A stretch of 64,000 bases of DNA, from positions 406,209 through 470,208 of the forward strand of contig JAGYJF010000005.1 in NCBI GenBank assembly GCA_018402135.1, given 5' to 3'. The notes beneath the pieces are model-generated. The model saw only the letters and a list, made by a program, of their open reading frames with translations, was not told where the DNA came from and did not search any database. A program made the translations under genes and the position numbers. The stretch comes from Flavobacteriaceae bacterium. GTDB taxonomy: Bacteria; Bacteroidota; Bacteroidia; Flavobacteriales; Flavobacteriaceae. Shown here one piece after another: positions 46,968-56,598 of this stretch. Each line of letters opens with the position of its first letter. The first letter of the stretch is position 1.

Positions 46968-48434
46968 ATGAAAATAGAAAATATCAAAACATTAGGCCAA
47001 TTAAAGGCAGCAGGTTATAGCAGTAAAAGCATCAAAGAAGAGTTACGTGATAATCTGATTGAAAAAATTAAGAGTAAATCAACCGTTTTTGAGGGTGTAC
47101 ACGGTTATGAAAACACGGTGATACCAGAGTTGGAACGCGCCATTTTGTCTAAGCATAATATTAATTTATTGGGTTTAAGAGGTCAGGCGAAAACAAGATT
47201 GGCAAGGCTGATGGTGGAATTATTAGACGAATATATTCCAGTGGTTGAAGGTTCAGAGATTAATGACGACCCGATGCAGCCCATTTCGCGATATGCTAAA
47301 ACATTGATTGCTGAAAAAGGCGATGATACCCCCGTTACATGGTTACACCGGAGCGAGCGCTTTGCGGAAAAATTGGCAACACCCGATGTTACAGTGGCCG
47401 ATTTGATTGGCGATGTCGACCCAATTAAGGCCGCCAATTTAAAATTGAGTTATGCCGATGATCGCGTGATTCATTATGGTATGATTCCGCGAGCCAATCG
47501 ATGTATTTTTGTGATTAACGAGTTGCCAGATTTACAAGCGAGAATTCAGGTGGCTTTGTTCAATATTTTACAGGAGGGCGATGTGCAAATTAGAGGCTTT
47601 AAATTGCGTTTACCGTTAGATATTCAATTTGTGTTTACGGCCAACCCTGAAGATTATACCAATCGTGGTAGTATTGTTACGCCACTGAAAGATAGAATTG
47701 GGTCGCAAATTTTAACCCATTATCCACACGATATCGAAACAGCCAAGCGCATCACCCATCAAGAGGCCAAAATTAATAAAGCTCAAAGCGATTTGGTGAA
47801 GGTTCCAGAATTAGCCAAGGAGTTGTTGGAGCAAATAGGTTTTGAAGCCAGAAAAAGTGAATACATCGACCTTAAAAGTGGTGTAAGTGCGCGTATGAGT
47901 ATTACCGCTTACGAAAACTTGATTAGTAGTGCTGAGCGTCGCGCTTTAAAATCGGGTGATGATAGCACCATCGTTAGATTAAGCGATTTTATGGGTGTGA
48001 TTCCTGCCATTACCGGAAAGGTTGAATTGGTATATGAAGGCGAACAAGAAGGTGCCGATTTTGTTGCGAAGGAATTAATTGAAGCTGCCGTTAAAACCTT
48101 ATTTAAAAAATATTATCCAAAAGTTGAAAAGCTTAAAAAACAAGAAGAAGAGACACCCTATGATGAGGTGATTCATTGGTTTTTCAATGGAAGTGGATTT
48201 GAGTTGTTAGACGATATTAATAATACTACGTACAACGAGCAGTTGGAAAGTATCAAGCCACTTGATAAGCTCATAGAACAATACCAACCCGAAACGGGAG
48301 CAGAAGACATAAATTTCACGAAGGAGTTTATTTTGTGGGGGTTGGTAGCCTATAAGCAATTGAGCAAGTACCGGTTTACAGAAGGCACTCAGTTTCAAGA
48401 TCCTTATGGAAGTTACATTAATAATTTGAAGTAG
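46968..48434 (+). CDS. AAA+ ATPase, Mg-chelatase/MoxR-like
   Basis: GLRGQAKT variant Walker A, FVINELPDL, FTANPEDY, PLKDR. Confidence 0.85.
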   Translation: MKIENIKTLGQLKAAGYSSKSIKEELRDNLIEKIKSKSTVFEGVHGYENTVIPELERAILSKHNINLLGLRGQAKTRLARLMVELLDEYIPVVEGSEINDDPMQPISRYAKTLIAEKGDDTPVTWLHRSERFAEKLATPDVTVADLIGDVDPIKAANLKLSYADDRVIHYGMIPRANRCIFVINELPDLQARIQVALFNILQEGDVQIRGFKLRLPLDIQFVFTANPEDYTNRGSIVTPLKDRIGSQILTHYPHDIETAKRITHQEAKINKAQSDLVKVPELAKELLEQIGFEARKSEYIDLKSGVSARMSITAYENLISSAERRALKSGDDSTIVRLSDFMGVIPAITGKVELVYEGEQEGADFVAKELIEAAVKTLFKKYYPKVEKLKKQEEETPYDEVIHWFFNGSGFELLDDINNTTYNEQLESIKPLDKLIEQYQPETGAEDINFTKEFILWGLVAYKQLSKYRFTEGTQFQDPYGSYINNLK

Positions 48435-48436
48435 AT

Positions 48437-48462
48437 CACGGGATCACGGATTACACGGATTT
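48437..48462. repeat. CACGG(A) short-repeat array
   Basis: CACGGG-AT-CACGGA-TTA-CACGGATT right after the stop; complementary to the arrays at 48726-48752 and 48823-48849. Confidence 0.65.
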
Positions 48463-48642
48463 ATAAAAATTTTAAATTATCGTTTTAAAGTCAGTATTGC
48501 ACGATTTGTTTCGCATAAAGACGCTGTATCGCAATTTGTCTAACTTATTTATCTGGGCTTTTGGTAAAATCTGTAAAGACTTCTTATTTCATTTTTATCA
48601 CAATTTTTATATGTGAAAATCCCTGTCAGTTGGTAAACAGGT

Positions 48643-48853
48643 GTGCAATCTTTGTCTAATTATCGGCAACAACATTATTTGATGATTCACTTATAACTGT
48701 TAATCTCAGTTTTATAGCGATTCTTATCCGTGAAAATCAGTGTAATCTGTGTCTAATTAATGGCGACAACATGATTTGATGATTGATATATAACTGTTAA
48801 TCTCAGTTTTATCACGATTCTTATCCTTGTAAATCAGTGCAATCCGTGTCTAA
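48643..48853. repeat. 97-bp imperfect tandem repeat (~2.2 copies)
   Basis: GTGyAATCnnTGTCTAA recurs at 48643, 48740 and 48837; TATAACTGTTAATCTCAGTTTTAT is shared by both full units. Confidence 0.85.
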
Positions 48854-48945
48854 AAATTTTGACTCAATTTAATACGCCTAGTTTCCAGAAATTTACGAAA
48901 TTTACCTCTCACCAGTCCTCAGTCCTCCAATCTCCAAAACCAAAA

Positions 48946-50280
48946 CTAATCCCGCAAAATCTGACTAGGAAACACCACCACACTTTCATGCCCATTTGCA
49001 CCTACTGATGCAACCCCAAAATAGAAGTTGTCTATAACAATTCCTTCAAGCGTAAAGTTATCTACATCTCCAACATAACGACTATGGTCCCAAGTTGGTG
49101 AAGTGGTGTCGCGCCAGTAGATTTTATAGCCAACTGCGCCTTCCATTTTATCCCATTTTAATTTAGCGGATGGTTGTACAATACCGCCAATACCAACATT
49201 ATTTGGGGCTTGAGGTGCCCAAGCCAGACTCGCCATATTAATTGCATTTACGGCGGTGAGCTTGGCAGCGTATTCAAAATTGACGCCTTCTATTACATCG
49301 CCGTATTCAATGCCATTTTCAACGCGAATATCTTGGTGTTGACGGTTGTAATTTTCATGGGCTTCCATAATTCTGATTCCAGAAAATCCTAGGTCGTTAA
49401 ATGGTCTGTGATGTCCACCACGTCCAAAACGGTCTAAACGGTAAACCATCATCGGATTCATTTCGGGCATATAGGTTTTGGTGGTTTTATGAACGTAGCG
49501 CGCTAACTGACGAGAAATGCCATCCACTTCGCCACCATAAAATCTGCGGGCGTTGCGCTGGCGCTCGGTTTCGGTAGGAGGTACTGGTTCAGAAAAAATT
49601 CTAAAGGTGCGGTTGTCAATCACGCCATCAACGCCTTCTATGTTACCAATCATATCGTTATTCAGCACACCAATAATGTCCCAGCCTTTTTCTTGTGCGT
49701 ATTTTGCCAATCCAGCACCACCAAACAAACCTTGCTCTTCACCTGAAAGTCCGACGTAAATTATACTACTTTCAAACTGATATTTAGATAACACCCTAGC
49801 GGCTTCAATAGCACCTGCCATGCCCGAGGCATTATCGTTGGCGCCTGGTGCATCGGTGGTAAAATCCATGGTGTCACTTGCACGGGAATCGATATCACCA
49901 CTCATAATAATGTATCGGTTTGGATATTTGGTGCCTTTTTGAATGGCCACCACATTCACAACCCAAGCATCTTTCGGAACGCGGTTGTTACCTTCTTTTG
50001 TGACAAAATCTTTTTGATAAAAGACATCCAGACAATTATTACAGTCAGCTGAAATCTTTTCGAATTCATTTTTAATCCATCTTCTGGCGGCACCAATGCC
50101 ACGCGTATCCGAAACCGTATCGCTAAAGGTGTTTCGGGTGCCAAAATTGGCAAGTGTCCTGATGTCGTTTTCAATACGTTCGGCAGAAACCGCTTTTATG
50201 ATGTCGTATATTTTCTGGTCGGTTTGGGCGTTGGTTATAAATGAAATTAAAACAACGAGCAGAATGGCGAATTTTTGCAT
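48946..50280 (-). CDS. M28-family metallopeptidase
   Basis: PGANDNASG, GEEQGL, NNDMIG; C-terminal FN3-like segment. Confidence 0.85.
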   Translation of the reverse strand: MQKFAILLVVLISFITNAQTDQKIYDIIKAVSAERIENDIRTLANFGTRNTFSDTVSDTRGIGAARRWIKNEFEKISADCNNCLDVFYQKDFVTKEGNNRVPKDAWVVNVVAIQKGTKYPNRYIIMSGDIDSRASDTMDFTTDAPGANDNASGMAGAIEAARVLSKYQFESSIIYVGLSGEEQGLFGGAGLAKYAQEKGWDIIGVLNNDMIGNIEGVDGVIDNRTFRIFSEPVPPTETERQRNARRFYGGEVDGISRQLARYVHKTTKTYMPEMNPMMVYRLDRFGRGGHHRPFNDLGFSGIRIMEAHENYNRQHQDIRVENGIEYGDVIEGVNFEYAAKLTAVNAINMASLAWAPQAPNNVGIGGIVQPSAKLKWDKMEGAVGYKIYWRDTTSPTWDHSRYVGDVDNFTLEGIVIDNFYFGVASVGANGHESVVVFPSQILRD

Positions 50281-50292
50281 TCGTGATAGTTT

Positions 50293-52503
50293 TTAGTCAG
50301 AAACAAATTTAACCAATAATTCCCTCACCGCGTTCGTGTCTTTTATATAATAGTTGGCTTTGGTTTTTTTGGATCCAACTTTTATAGTATATGAGTTTAC
50401 TGGTAGTGCTTCAAAGGTAAATTCATCGGTCCAATCGTCTCCTATCGCTACTATATTGTCGTAGTGCTTCGCGGTGATTAATCGTGAAGTAGCGCGACCT
50501 TTATTAACGTTACTACTCTTAATTTCAATAACTTTATTGCCTTCCAGAACTGATAAGTCGTTGTTTGAAATTAAACTAGTTAACACCGTATTGAGTTCCA
50601 TGGTTCTAATTTCTGCTAGCTCTGGATCCGCTTTGCGGTAATGCCACGCTAGCGAGTATCTTTTCTTTTCGATAAAGGTCCCTGGTGTTCTATCAACAAA
50701 GGTTTCCAATATTGGCTTAATGTTTTCCATCCACTGCGTTTTTACTTGTTCAAGCATTTTCCAGTCTTTATTTTTAGATTTTAACCACACGCCGTGATCA
50801 GTGATGAGATTAAAATCGTAATCGCTCAGCCAGCGCTGAAATGTTACGCGATCTCTGCCGCTGATAAGTACTAAATCTGTGTTTGGTAATTGGTCTAATT
50901 TTTCGAGTAATTCAATTAAATCGCTATCAGGACTAGCATCTTGTGGATTGTTGGTGAAGCCAACCAAGGTTCCGTCATAATCTAAAAGCAACAGGTTTTT
51001 TTTGGCATTTTCAAAATCAGAAACCATTTGGGTGGAAACGTTTTTGTCTAACGCCCGTGTTATGGATGTTTCTTTATATTTTTTGGTTGAATTGAGCGAT
51101 ATCATAAATTCATCGGCCCATTTTTCTACGCTGTAACGTTTGAGTCGTTTTTGTAAGATATTAAGTCGTCTTGCTTGCTCTTCCTCTGGCATTTCCAAAG
51201 CATACTTTAAGGAATCTGCTATTTGCTCAAAATTATTTGGGTTGATGAGCAAAGCTTCGTTCATTTCTTTGGCAGCACCGGCCATTTCGCTTAATACTAA
51301 CACGCCATGTCCGTTGGTTCGTGTAGCGATATATTCCTTAGCAACTAAATTCATACCATCGCGAACCGGTGTAATTAATGCCACGTGGGATGAGGTGTAC
51401 AAATCGATTAAATTTTCAAAAGGCATCGACCGTTAATAATACCAAATAGGTGTCCAACTTACAGTAGCGAATTGACCATTGATTCTACCCACAAGTTCAT
51501 CGGTATCACGTTTTAGTTTTTGGTATTGTGGCACATCCGATCTGGATGGGAATGCCAGCATAATCAATCGGACTTGTTCTTTAAACTGCGGATATTTATT
51601 CAGGAAATACTCAAAGGCGCGGATGCGATTTGGAATTCCTTTGGTATAATCCATTCGGTCAATAGACAAAATTAGTTTGGTATTAGAATCCGTTTGAATA
51701 TGATCGTCTAAGCGCTTTTGTAATTCTGACTTTTGATCGTCATCTTGATTAACATGCTCTAAAGTTGCATTGTGAAACTTGTCGTAATCAATTCCCATGG
51801 GAAAAGAATCTACTTTAATCGTTCTTTCAGCCATTGAAATTTCATTGAAATTAACTTCCAATCTCATGATACGTTTCACCGAGCTTAAAAAATGACGCTC
51901 GTAATCGTAGGTATGGAACCCAAGTAAATCGGCACCAAGCATACCTTCTAAAATTTCTTCACGCCATGGGAAAGTTCTGAATATTTCATAGGAAGGAAAT
52001 GGAATATGTAAGAAAAACCCGATAGATGTTTCCGGTTTTTTGTCTTTAATAAGTTTCGGCAGTAGAAGTAACTGGTAATCGTGAACCCAAACCTGATCAC
52101 CATCTTCGATGTGTTCTAAAACTACTTCTGCAAATTTTTCATTGACGCGTTTATAGGATTCCCATTGGTCATTTTCGAACTCTGTAAATTCCATAAAATA
52201 ATGAAACAGCGGCCAAAGCGTTTTATTACTGAATCCTAAATAGTAGTTGTCAATATCATATTGTGTTAACGATACAGCTTCGCATTTTTCTTTTTTAACA
52301 GCTTGGTTAACGGATTTTTTTAATTCGTCGGTCAATTCTTCTTCGGTTAAGCCAGACCAGCCAATCCAGATGCCGTTTCCTTCAGCATGAACCGATTTTA
52401 GGCCTGTAGCTAGTCCGCCAACACTGGGGACTACTTTAAGTTTTTCGTCGTTTAATTTTATTTGTAAGGGGAGTCTGTTGGAAACAATTATCGTTTTATT
52501 CAC
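50293..52503 (-). pseudogene. Bifunctional trehalose-6-phosphate synthase/phosphatase with an in-frame TAA at 51435-51433
   Basis: VSNRLP, GGLA, WVHDY, GFFLHIPFPS, DRMDYTKG, DGMNLVAKEY and HAD motif LDYDGTL; reads WYY*RSMPF in a single frame. Confidence 0.88.
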
Positions 52504-52576
52504 AATGCTGTTATTGGATTAATACTTAGATTTGTAATTTAACGAAAATAATTGTGTTAACCATAAAATTTAAGAT

Positions 52577-54379
52577 TTGAAAGACAATTTACACTACGGA
52601 ATTATAGGAAATTGCAGAAGCGCAGCATTGATATCAAAAACAGGTTCGTTAGATTGGTGTTGTTTACCCGAATTTGATTCTTCTTCTGTTTTTGCTAAGA
52701 TTTTAGACGACGACATTGGTGGTCATTTTGGATTTATATTGGATGAAAGTTATAAGACAACCCAATTCTATCTCAATCAAACTGCCATTTTGGTAACGAA
52801 GTTCAGTAATGGAATAGATGCCTTTGAAGTTCATGATTTTATGCCGCGTTATCACAAAACAGACACCGAATACCAGTCGCCTCCAGAAATAATTCGTTAT
52901 TTAAAATATATTTCAGGAAAACCTTCATTTAAAGTTGATTACCAACCAAAGTTAGAATATGCGAAAGGTATTACCGAAACCTATGTTAAAGACGAATTCA
53001 TTGTGAGTTTAACACACAGCGATAAGTTTGACACTTTATTTATGTACACTAATTTTAACCAAAAAGATGTTATTGACGGATCAGAAATCGAATTAAGCAG
53101 TGATGGTTATTTTTTACTAGCTTACAATGAAAAGGTGTTTAAGCCAACTTTAGAAAAAATGTTTTTAGAACACCAACGCACCAAAGTATATTGGTTGAAT
53201 TGGATAGATAAAACACCAAAATACAATTTGTACAACGAAGAAATATTAAGAAGTGCCGTCACCTTAAAATTACTTAGCTATGATAAATCTGGTGCTGTAC
53301 TAGCTGCTGCAACCACTTCATTGCCAGAAACTATCGGTGAAGTTCGTAATTGGGATTACCGTTTTTGCTGGATTCGTGATGCTTCTATGGTGATTAAAGT
53401 ATTATCGCAATTGGGTCACAGAGGCGCTGCTCAACGTTACCTATAATTTATTATAGATTTGATTCCTGATAAGGATGAGAAACTTCAAATCATGTACGGT
53501 ATCAATAAAGAAAAGCAACTGACTGAGTTAACCTTAGACCATTTATCGGGTTATCAAAATTCTAGTCCGGTGCGCATAGGCAACGCCGCTTATATGCAAA
53601 AACAAAATGATATTTACGGTATTTTGATGGATGTAATTAATCAACAGTTTGAAAAATTCACCGTGGATGTTGAACAAACCGAACAACTTTGGACCATCAC
53701 CAAAGGTATTGTTTGGGTAGTTCAAAAACACTGGCAAGAGCCAGATAAAGGTATTTGGGAATTTCGAACTGAAGACCGTCATTTTACATTTTCGAAAGTG
53801 TTGTGTTGGGTAGCAGTAAATAGAGCCATAAAAGTGGCTAATAAATTAGATAAATACCGAAAAATAAATAAATGGCAACTTTTGGAAGCTGAAATTAAGA
53901 ATGACATTTTAGTTAATGCTTGGAATGACGATGTGAAGGCTTTTACCCAATCTTATGGAAGTAAATATTTAGACGCTTCGGTACTGCTAATGGAGAATTA
54001 CGGCTTTATAGAAGCCAAAGACCCAAAATATATTAGTACCGTTTTGGCGATAGAAAAAGAGTTAAGTTTTGACGGTTTGATGTACCGCTATAAAAATGAA
54101 GATGATTTTGGATTACCAAGTTCGTCGTTTACCATTTGTACGTTCTGGTTTATTAACAGTTTGTACAAAATAGGAGAGCAGCGCAAGGCGAAAAAAATGT
54201 TTGACCAATTATTAACGTACAGTAACCATTTAAGACTGTTTAGTGAAGATATCGATTTTAAAACGAAGCGTTTGTTGGGGAATTTTCCACAGGCCTATTC
54301 CCATTTAGCATTGATAGAAACTGCTATTAATTTATCTGAAATTACCGAAGAAGAACGCGTTAAGCATACGATGGCGTAA
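52577..54379 (+). pseudogene. Glycoside hydrolase family 15 (trehalase-like) with an in-frame TAA at 53444-53446
   Basis: AAATTSLPE, RNWDYRFCWIRD, IWEFR, LFSE, GNFPQAYSH; reads RYL*FIIDLIP in a single frame. Confidence 0.88.
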
Positions 54380-54421
54380 AGAGGTTTATTTTAAATGTGC
54401 TGGTTGCTGCGCAACAAAACC

Positions 54422-54461
54422 AGACCTCACAGTCCCGATTACAATTGGGACTGTGAGGTCT
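54422..54461. repeat. REP-like palindrome with substituted centre
   Basis: AGACCTCACAG-TCCCGATTACAATTGGGA-CTGTGAGGTCT. Confidence 0.8.
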
Positions 54462-54486
54462 TAACAATTGAGTTTAGATTTAAAAT

Positions 54487-54522
54487 AACAAAAGTCAATT
54501 CTTGGTGGAATTGACTTTTGTT
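54487..54522. terminator. Bidirectional intrinsic terminator
   Basis: AACAAAAGTCAATTC-TTGGTG-GAATTGACTTTTGTT between convergent genes. Confidence 0.75.
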
Positions 54523-54526
54523 TTTA

Positions 54527-54559
54527 AACCCTTTCAGGGTTTCAAACCCTGAAAGGGTT
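54527..54559. repeat. 33-bp REP-like perfect palindrome
   Basis: AACCCTTTCAGGGTTT-C-AAACCCTGAAAGGGTT. Confidence 0.85.
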
Positions 54560-54582
54560 AAGATATAAGAATGGAATAAGGG

Positions 54583-54640
54583 TTAAAAACAATACTTACC
54601 TTCAGCTTTTACCTTTTCGGCAATGGTGTTTCTCAATTCA
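54583..54640 (-). repeat. Orphan duplicate of the last 18 codons plus stop of the acyl-CoA dehydrogenase gene
   Basis: Encodes ELRNTIAEKVKAEGKYCF*; 54601-54640 is identical to 54728-54767. Confidence 0.9.
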
Positions 54641-54649
54641 GTCAAAACA

Positions 54650-54682
54650 AGACCTCACAGGTTTTCAAAACCTGTGAGGTCT
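54650..54682. repeat. 33-bp REP-like perfect palindrome
   Basis: AGACCTCACAGGTTTT-C-AAAACCTGTGAGGTCT. Confidence 0.85.
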
Positions 54683-54709
54683 GGTGAGTGGTATGCTAGA
54701 TTTAACTGT

Positions 54710-56518
54710 TTAGAAACAGTATTTATTTTCAGCTTTTACCTTTTCGGCAATGGTGTTTCTCAATTCAATAACGTTTGGATAATTGGTGTATTTAGTGAAA
54801 CGTTTTAAACCCATCAGCATCATTTTTTGTTCATCGCCTTCTGCAAATGAAATGATACCTTCTATACCGTTTTTCTTGACGATTTCAACGGCGTTGAATA
54901 AATACAACTTAGCCATAGCCATTTGCTCTTTCTGAGAAGCTTCGCCAAAGCGTTTTGCATTTTTCTCGGTTCTTAAAATGGCAGATTCTGCCATGTAAAT
55001 CTCGATTAAAATATTAGAGGCAGCCAATAATAATTGTTGGTGTTTGTCTAAATCCGGTCCAAATTTTTGAACGGCAGCACCGGCAACCATTAAGAATACT
55101 TTTTTAAGTTTGGCGACCATTTCTTTTTCTTCTGCAAATAATTCGGAATAATCTGGCACATCAAACGATGGTATACCCATTAGTTCGTCGGCTACTTTCA
55201 TAGCTGGGCCCAATAAATCTACATGACCTTTCATGGCTTTTTTAACCAACATACCAACAGAAAGCATTCGGTTAATTTCGTTGGTACCTTCGTAAATTCT
55301 GGTAATTCTGGCATCTCTCCAGGCAGCTTCCATAGGTGTTTCTTCTGAAAAGCCCATACCTCCAAAAATTTGGATGCCTTCATCAGCACAATTCTGCGCA
55401 TCTTCAGAAACAGCAACTTTTAGAATTGAACACTCAATAGCGTATTCTTCAACTCCTTTTAATTCCGCTTCCTGATGACTATTACCGGCTGCAAGACGCA
55501 TGGCTATTCTGTCTTCAATATTTTTAGCGGCTCTATAAGATGCGGACTCACCAGCATAAGTGCTCGTTGCCATTTCGGCCAATTTTGAGATGATGGCTCC
55601 GAAATCTGCAATGGCCGTATTAAATTGTTTGCGTTCGTTAGCATATTTAACAGCAATGGTTGTGATGCGTCTTTGAGAATCTAAACAAGCTGCTGCCAAT
55701 TTAATTCTACCAACATTTAAGGAATTCATGGCGATTTTAAAACCTTCGCCACGTCCTGCAAGCATATTTTCTTCAGGCACCATACAATCGTTAAAGAACA
55801 CCTGTCTGGTTGAAGAGGCTCTAATGCCTAATTTATGTTCTTCTTCGCCTAAGGTTATACCGTTACTTGGGTCGTTTTCAACTATGAAACCCGTAATATT
55901 TTTATCATTTTCAATTCTGGCGAATACAATAAACACTTTACAGAATCCCGCGTTGGATATCCACATTTTTTGACCGTTAATTTTATAGTGCTTACCATCT
56001 TCGGTTAAGGTAGCCGAAGTTTTACCCGAATTGGCGTCGCTTCCTGCCCCTGGCTCGGTTAAGCAATAGGCGCCAAACCATTCGCCGGATGCTAATTTTG
56101 GCACGTATTTTTGTTTTTGTTCCTCGGTACCATAGAGTGTAATTGGCATGGTACCAATACCTGTATGTGCACCAAAAGCAGTACTAAATGAACCAGAGCC
56201 ACTTGAAATATAATCGCACACCAACATGGTTGAAATAAAGCCCATATCCAGTCCGCCATAGGCTTCAGGTACGGACACGCTTAAAAAACCAAGGTCGCCA
56301 GCTTTGCGCATGCAGGCTTCGGTGAAGGCATAGTCTTTCTTTTCAAAACGCTCTCTATTAGCGATAATCTCACGGTCATTAAATTCAATGACTGCCTCTT
56401 TCATCATGTTTTGTTCTTCCGTAAAATCTTCGGGAGTGAAGACATCTTCACAATGTGTTTCTTTAACGAGGAATTGTCCGCCTCTTAGTAATTCTGTTTG
56501 TTTTTCTGCTGTTTCCAT
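54710..56518 (-). CDS. Acyl-CoA dehydrogenase
   Basis: AYCLTEPGAGSD, NGQKMWISN, KLGIRASST, QIFGGMGF, IYEGTNEINR. Confidence 0.95.
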   Translation of the reverse strand: METAEKQTELLRGGQFLVKETHCEDVFTPEDFTEEQNMMKEAVIEFNDREIIANRERFEKKDYAFTEACMRKAGDLGFLSVSVPEAYGGLDMGFISTMLVCDYISSGSGSFSTAFGAHTGIGTMPITLYGTEEQKQKYVPKLASGEWFGAYCLTEPGAGSDANSGKTSATLTEDGKHYKINGQKMWISNAGFCKVFIVFARIENDKNITGFIVENDPSNGITLGEEEHKLGIRASSTRQVFFNDCMVPEENMLAGRGEGFKIAMNSLNVGRIKLAAACLDSQRRITTIAVKYANERKQFNTAIADFGAIISKLAEMATSTYAGESASYRAAKNIEDRIAMRLAAGNSHQEAELKGVEEYAIECSILKVAVSEDAQNCADEGIQIFGGMGFSEETPMEAAWRDARITRIYEGTNEINRMLSVGMLVKKAMKGHVDLLGPAMKVADELMGIPSFDVPDYSELFAEEKEMVAKLKKVFLMVAGAAVQKFGPDLDKHQQLLLAASNILIEIYMAESAILRTEKNAKRFGEASQKEQMAMAKLYLFNAVEIVKKNGIEGIISFAEGDEQKMMLMGLKRFTKYTNYPNVIELRNTIAEKVKAENKYCF

Positions 56519-56563
56519 AACTTTTTATAATGTGTAATATTGATTTTAATAATTATTATTCGT

Positions 56564-56597
56564 TTTCCCCGATGGGGAAATGCCGAAGGCAAAGGGG
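56564..56597. repeat. Double-hairpin intergenic element
   Basis: On the mRNA (minus) strand: CCCCTT-TGCC(TTCG)GCA-TTTCCCC-ATC-GGGGAAA, immediately after the thiolase stop. Confidence 0.6.
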
Positions 56598-56598
56598 C

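Noticed and set aside
46829-47020. 63-aa Lys/Arg-rich ORF
   Set aside because: It is a translation of the repeat unit and overlaps the ATPase start out of frame.
48643-48853. Possible CRISPR array
   Set aside because: The whole 97-bp unit is repeated with no unique spacers, there are only ~2 copies, and no cas genes are present.
51433-53446. Genome-wide reassignment of TAA to a sense codon
   Set aside because: TAA terminates most well-defined genes in the window at their expected ends.
54623-54808. 61-aa ORF across the palindrome and duplicated tail
   Set aside because: Antisense to the dehydrogenase end and made of repeat sequence; no coding evidence.
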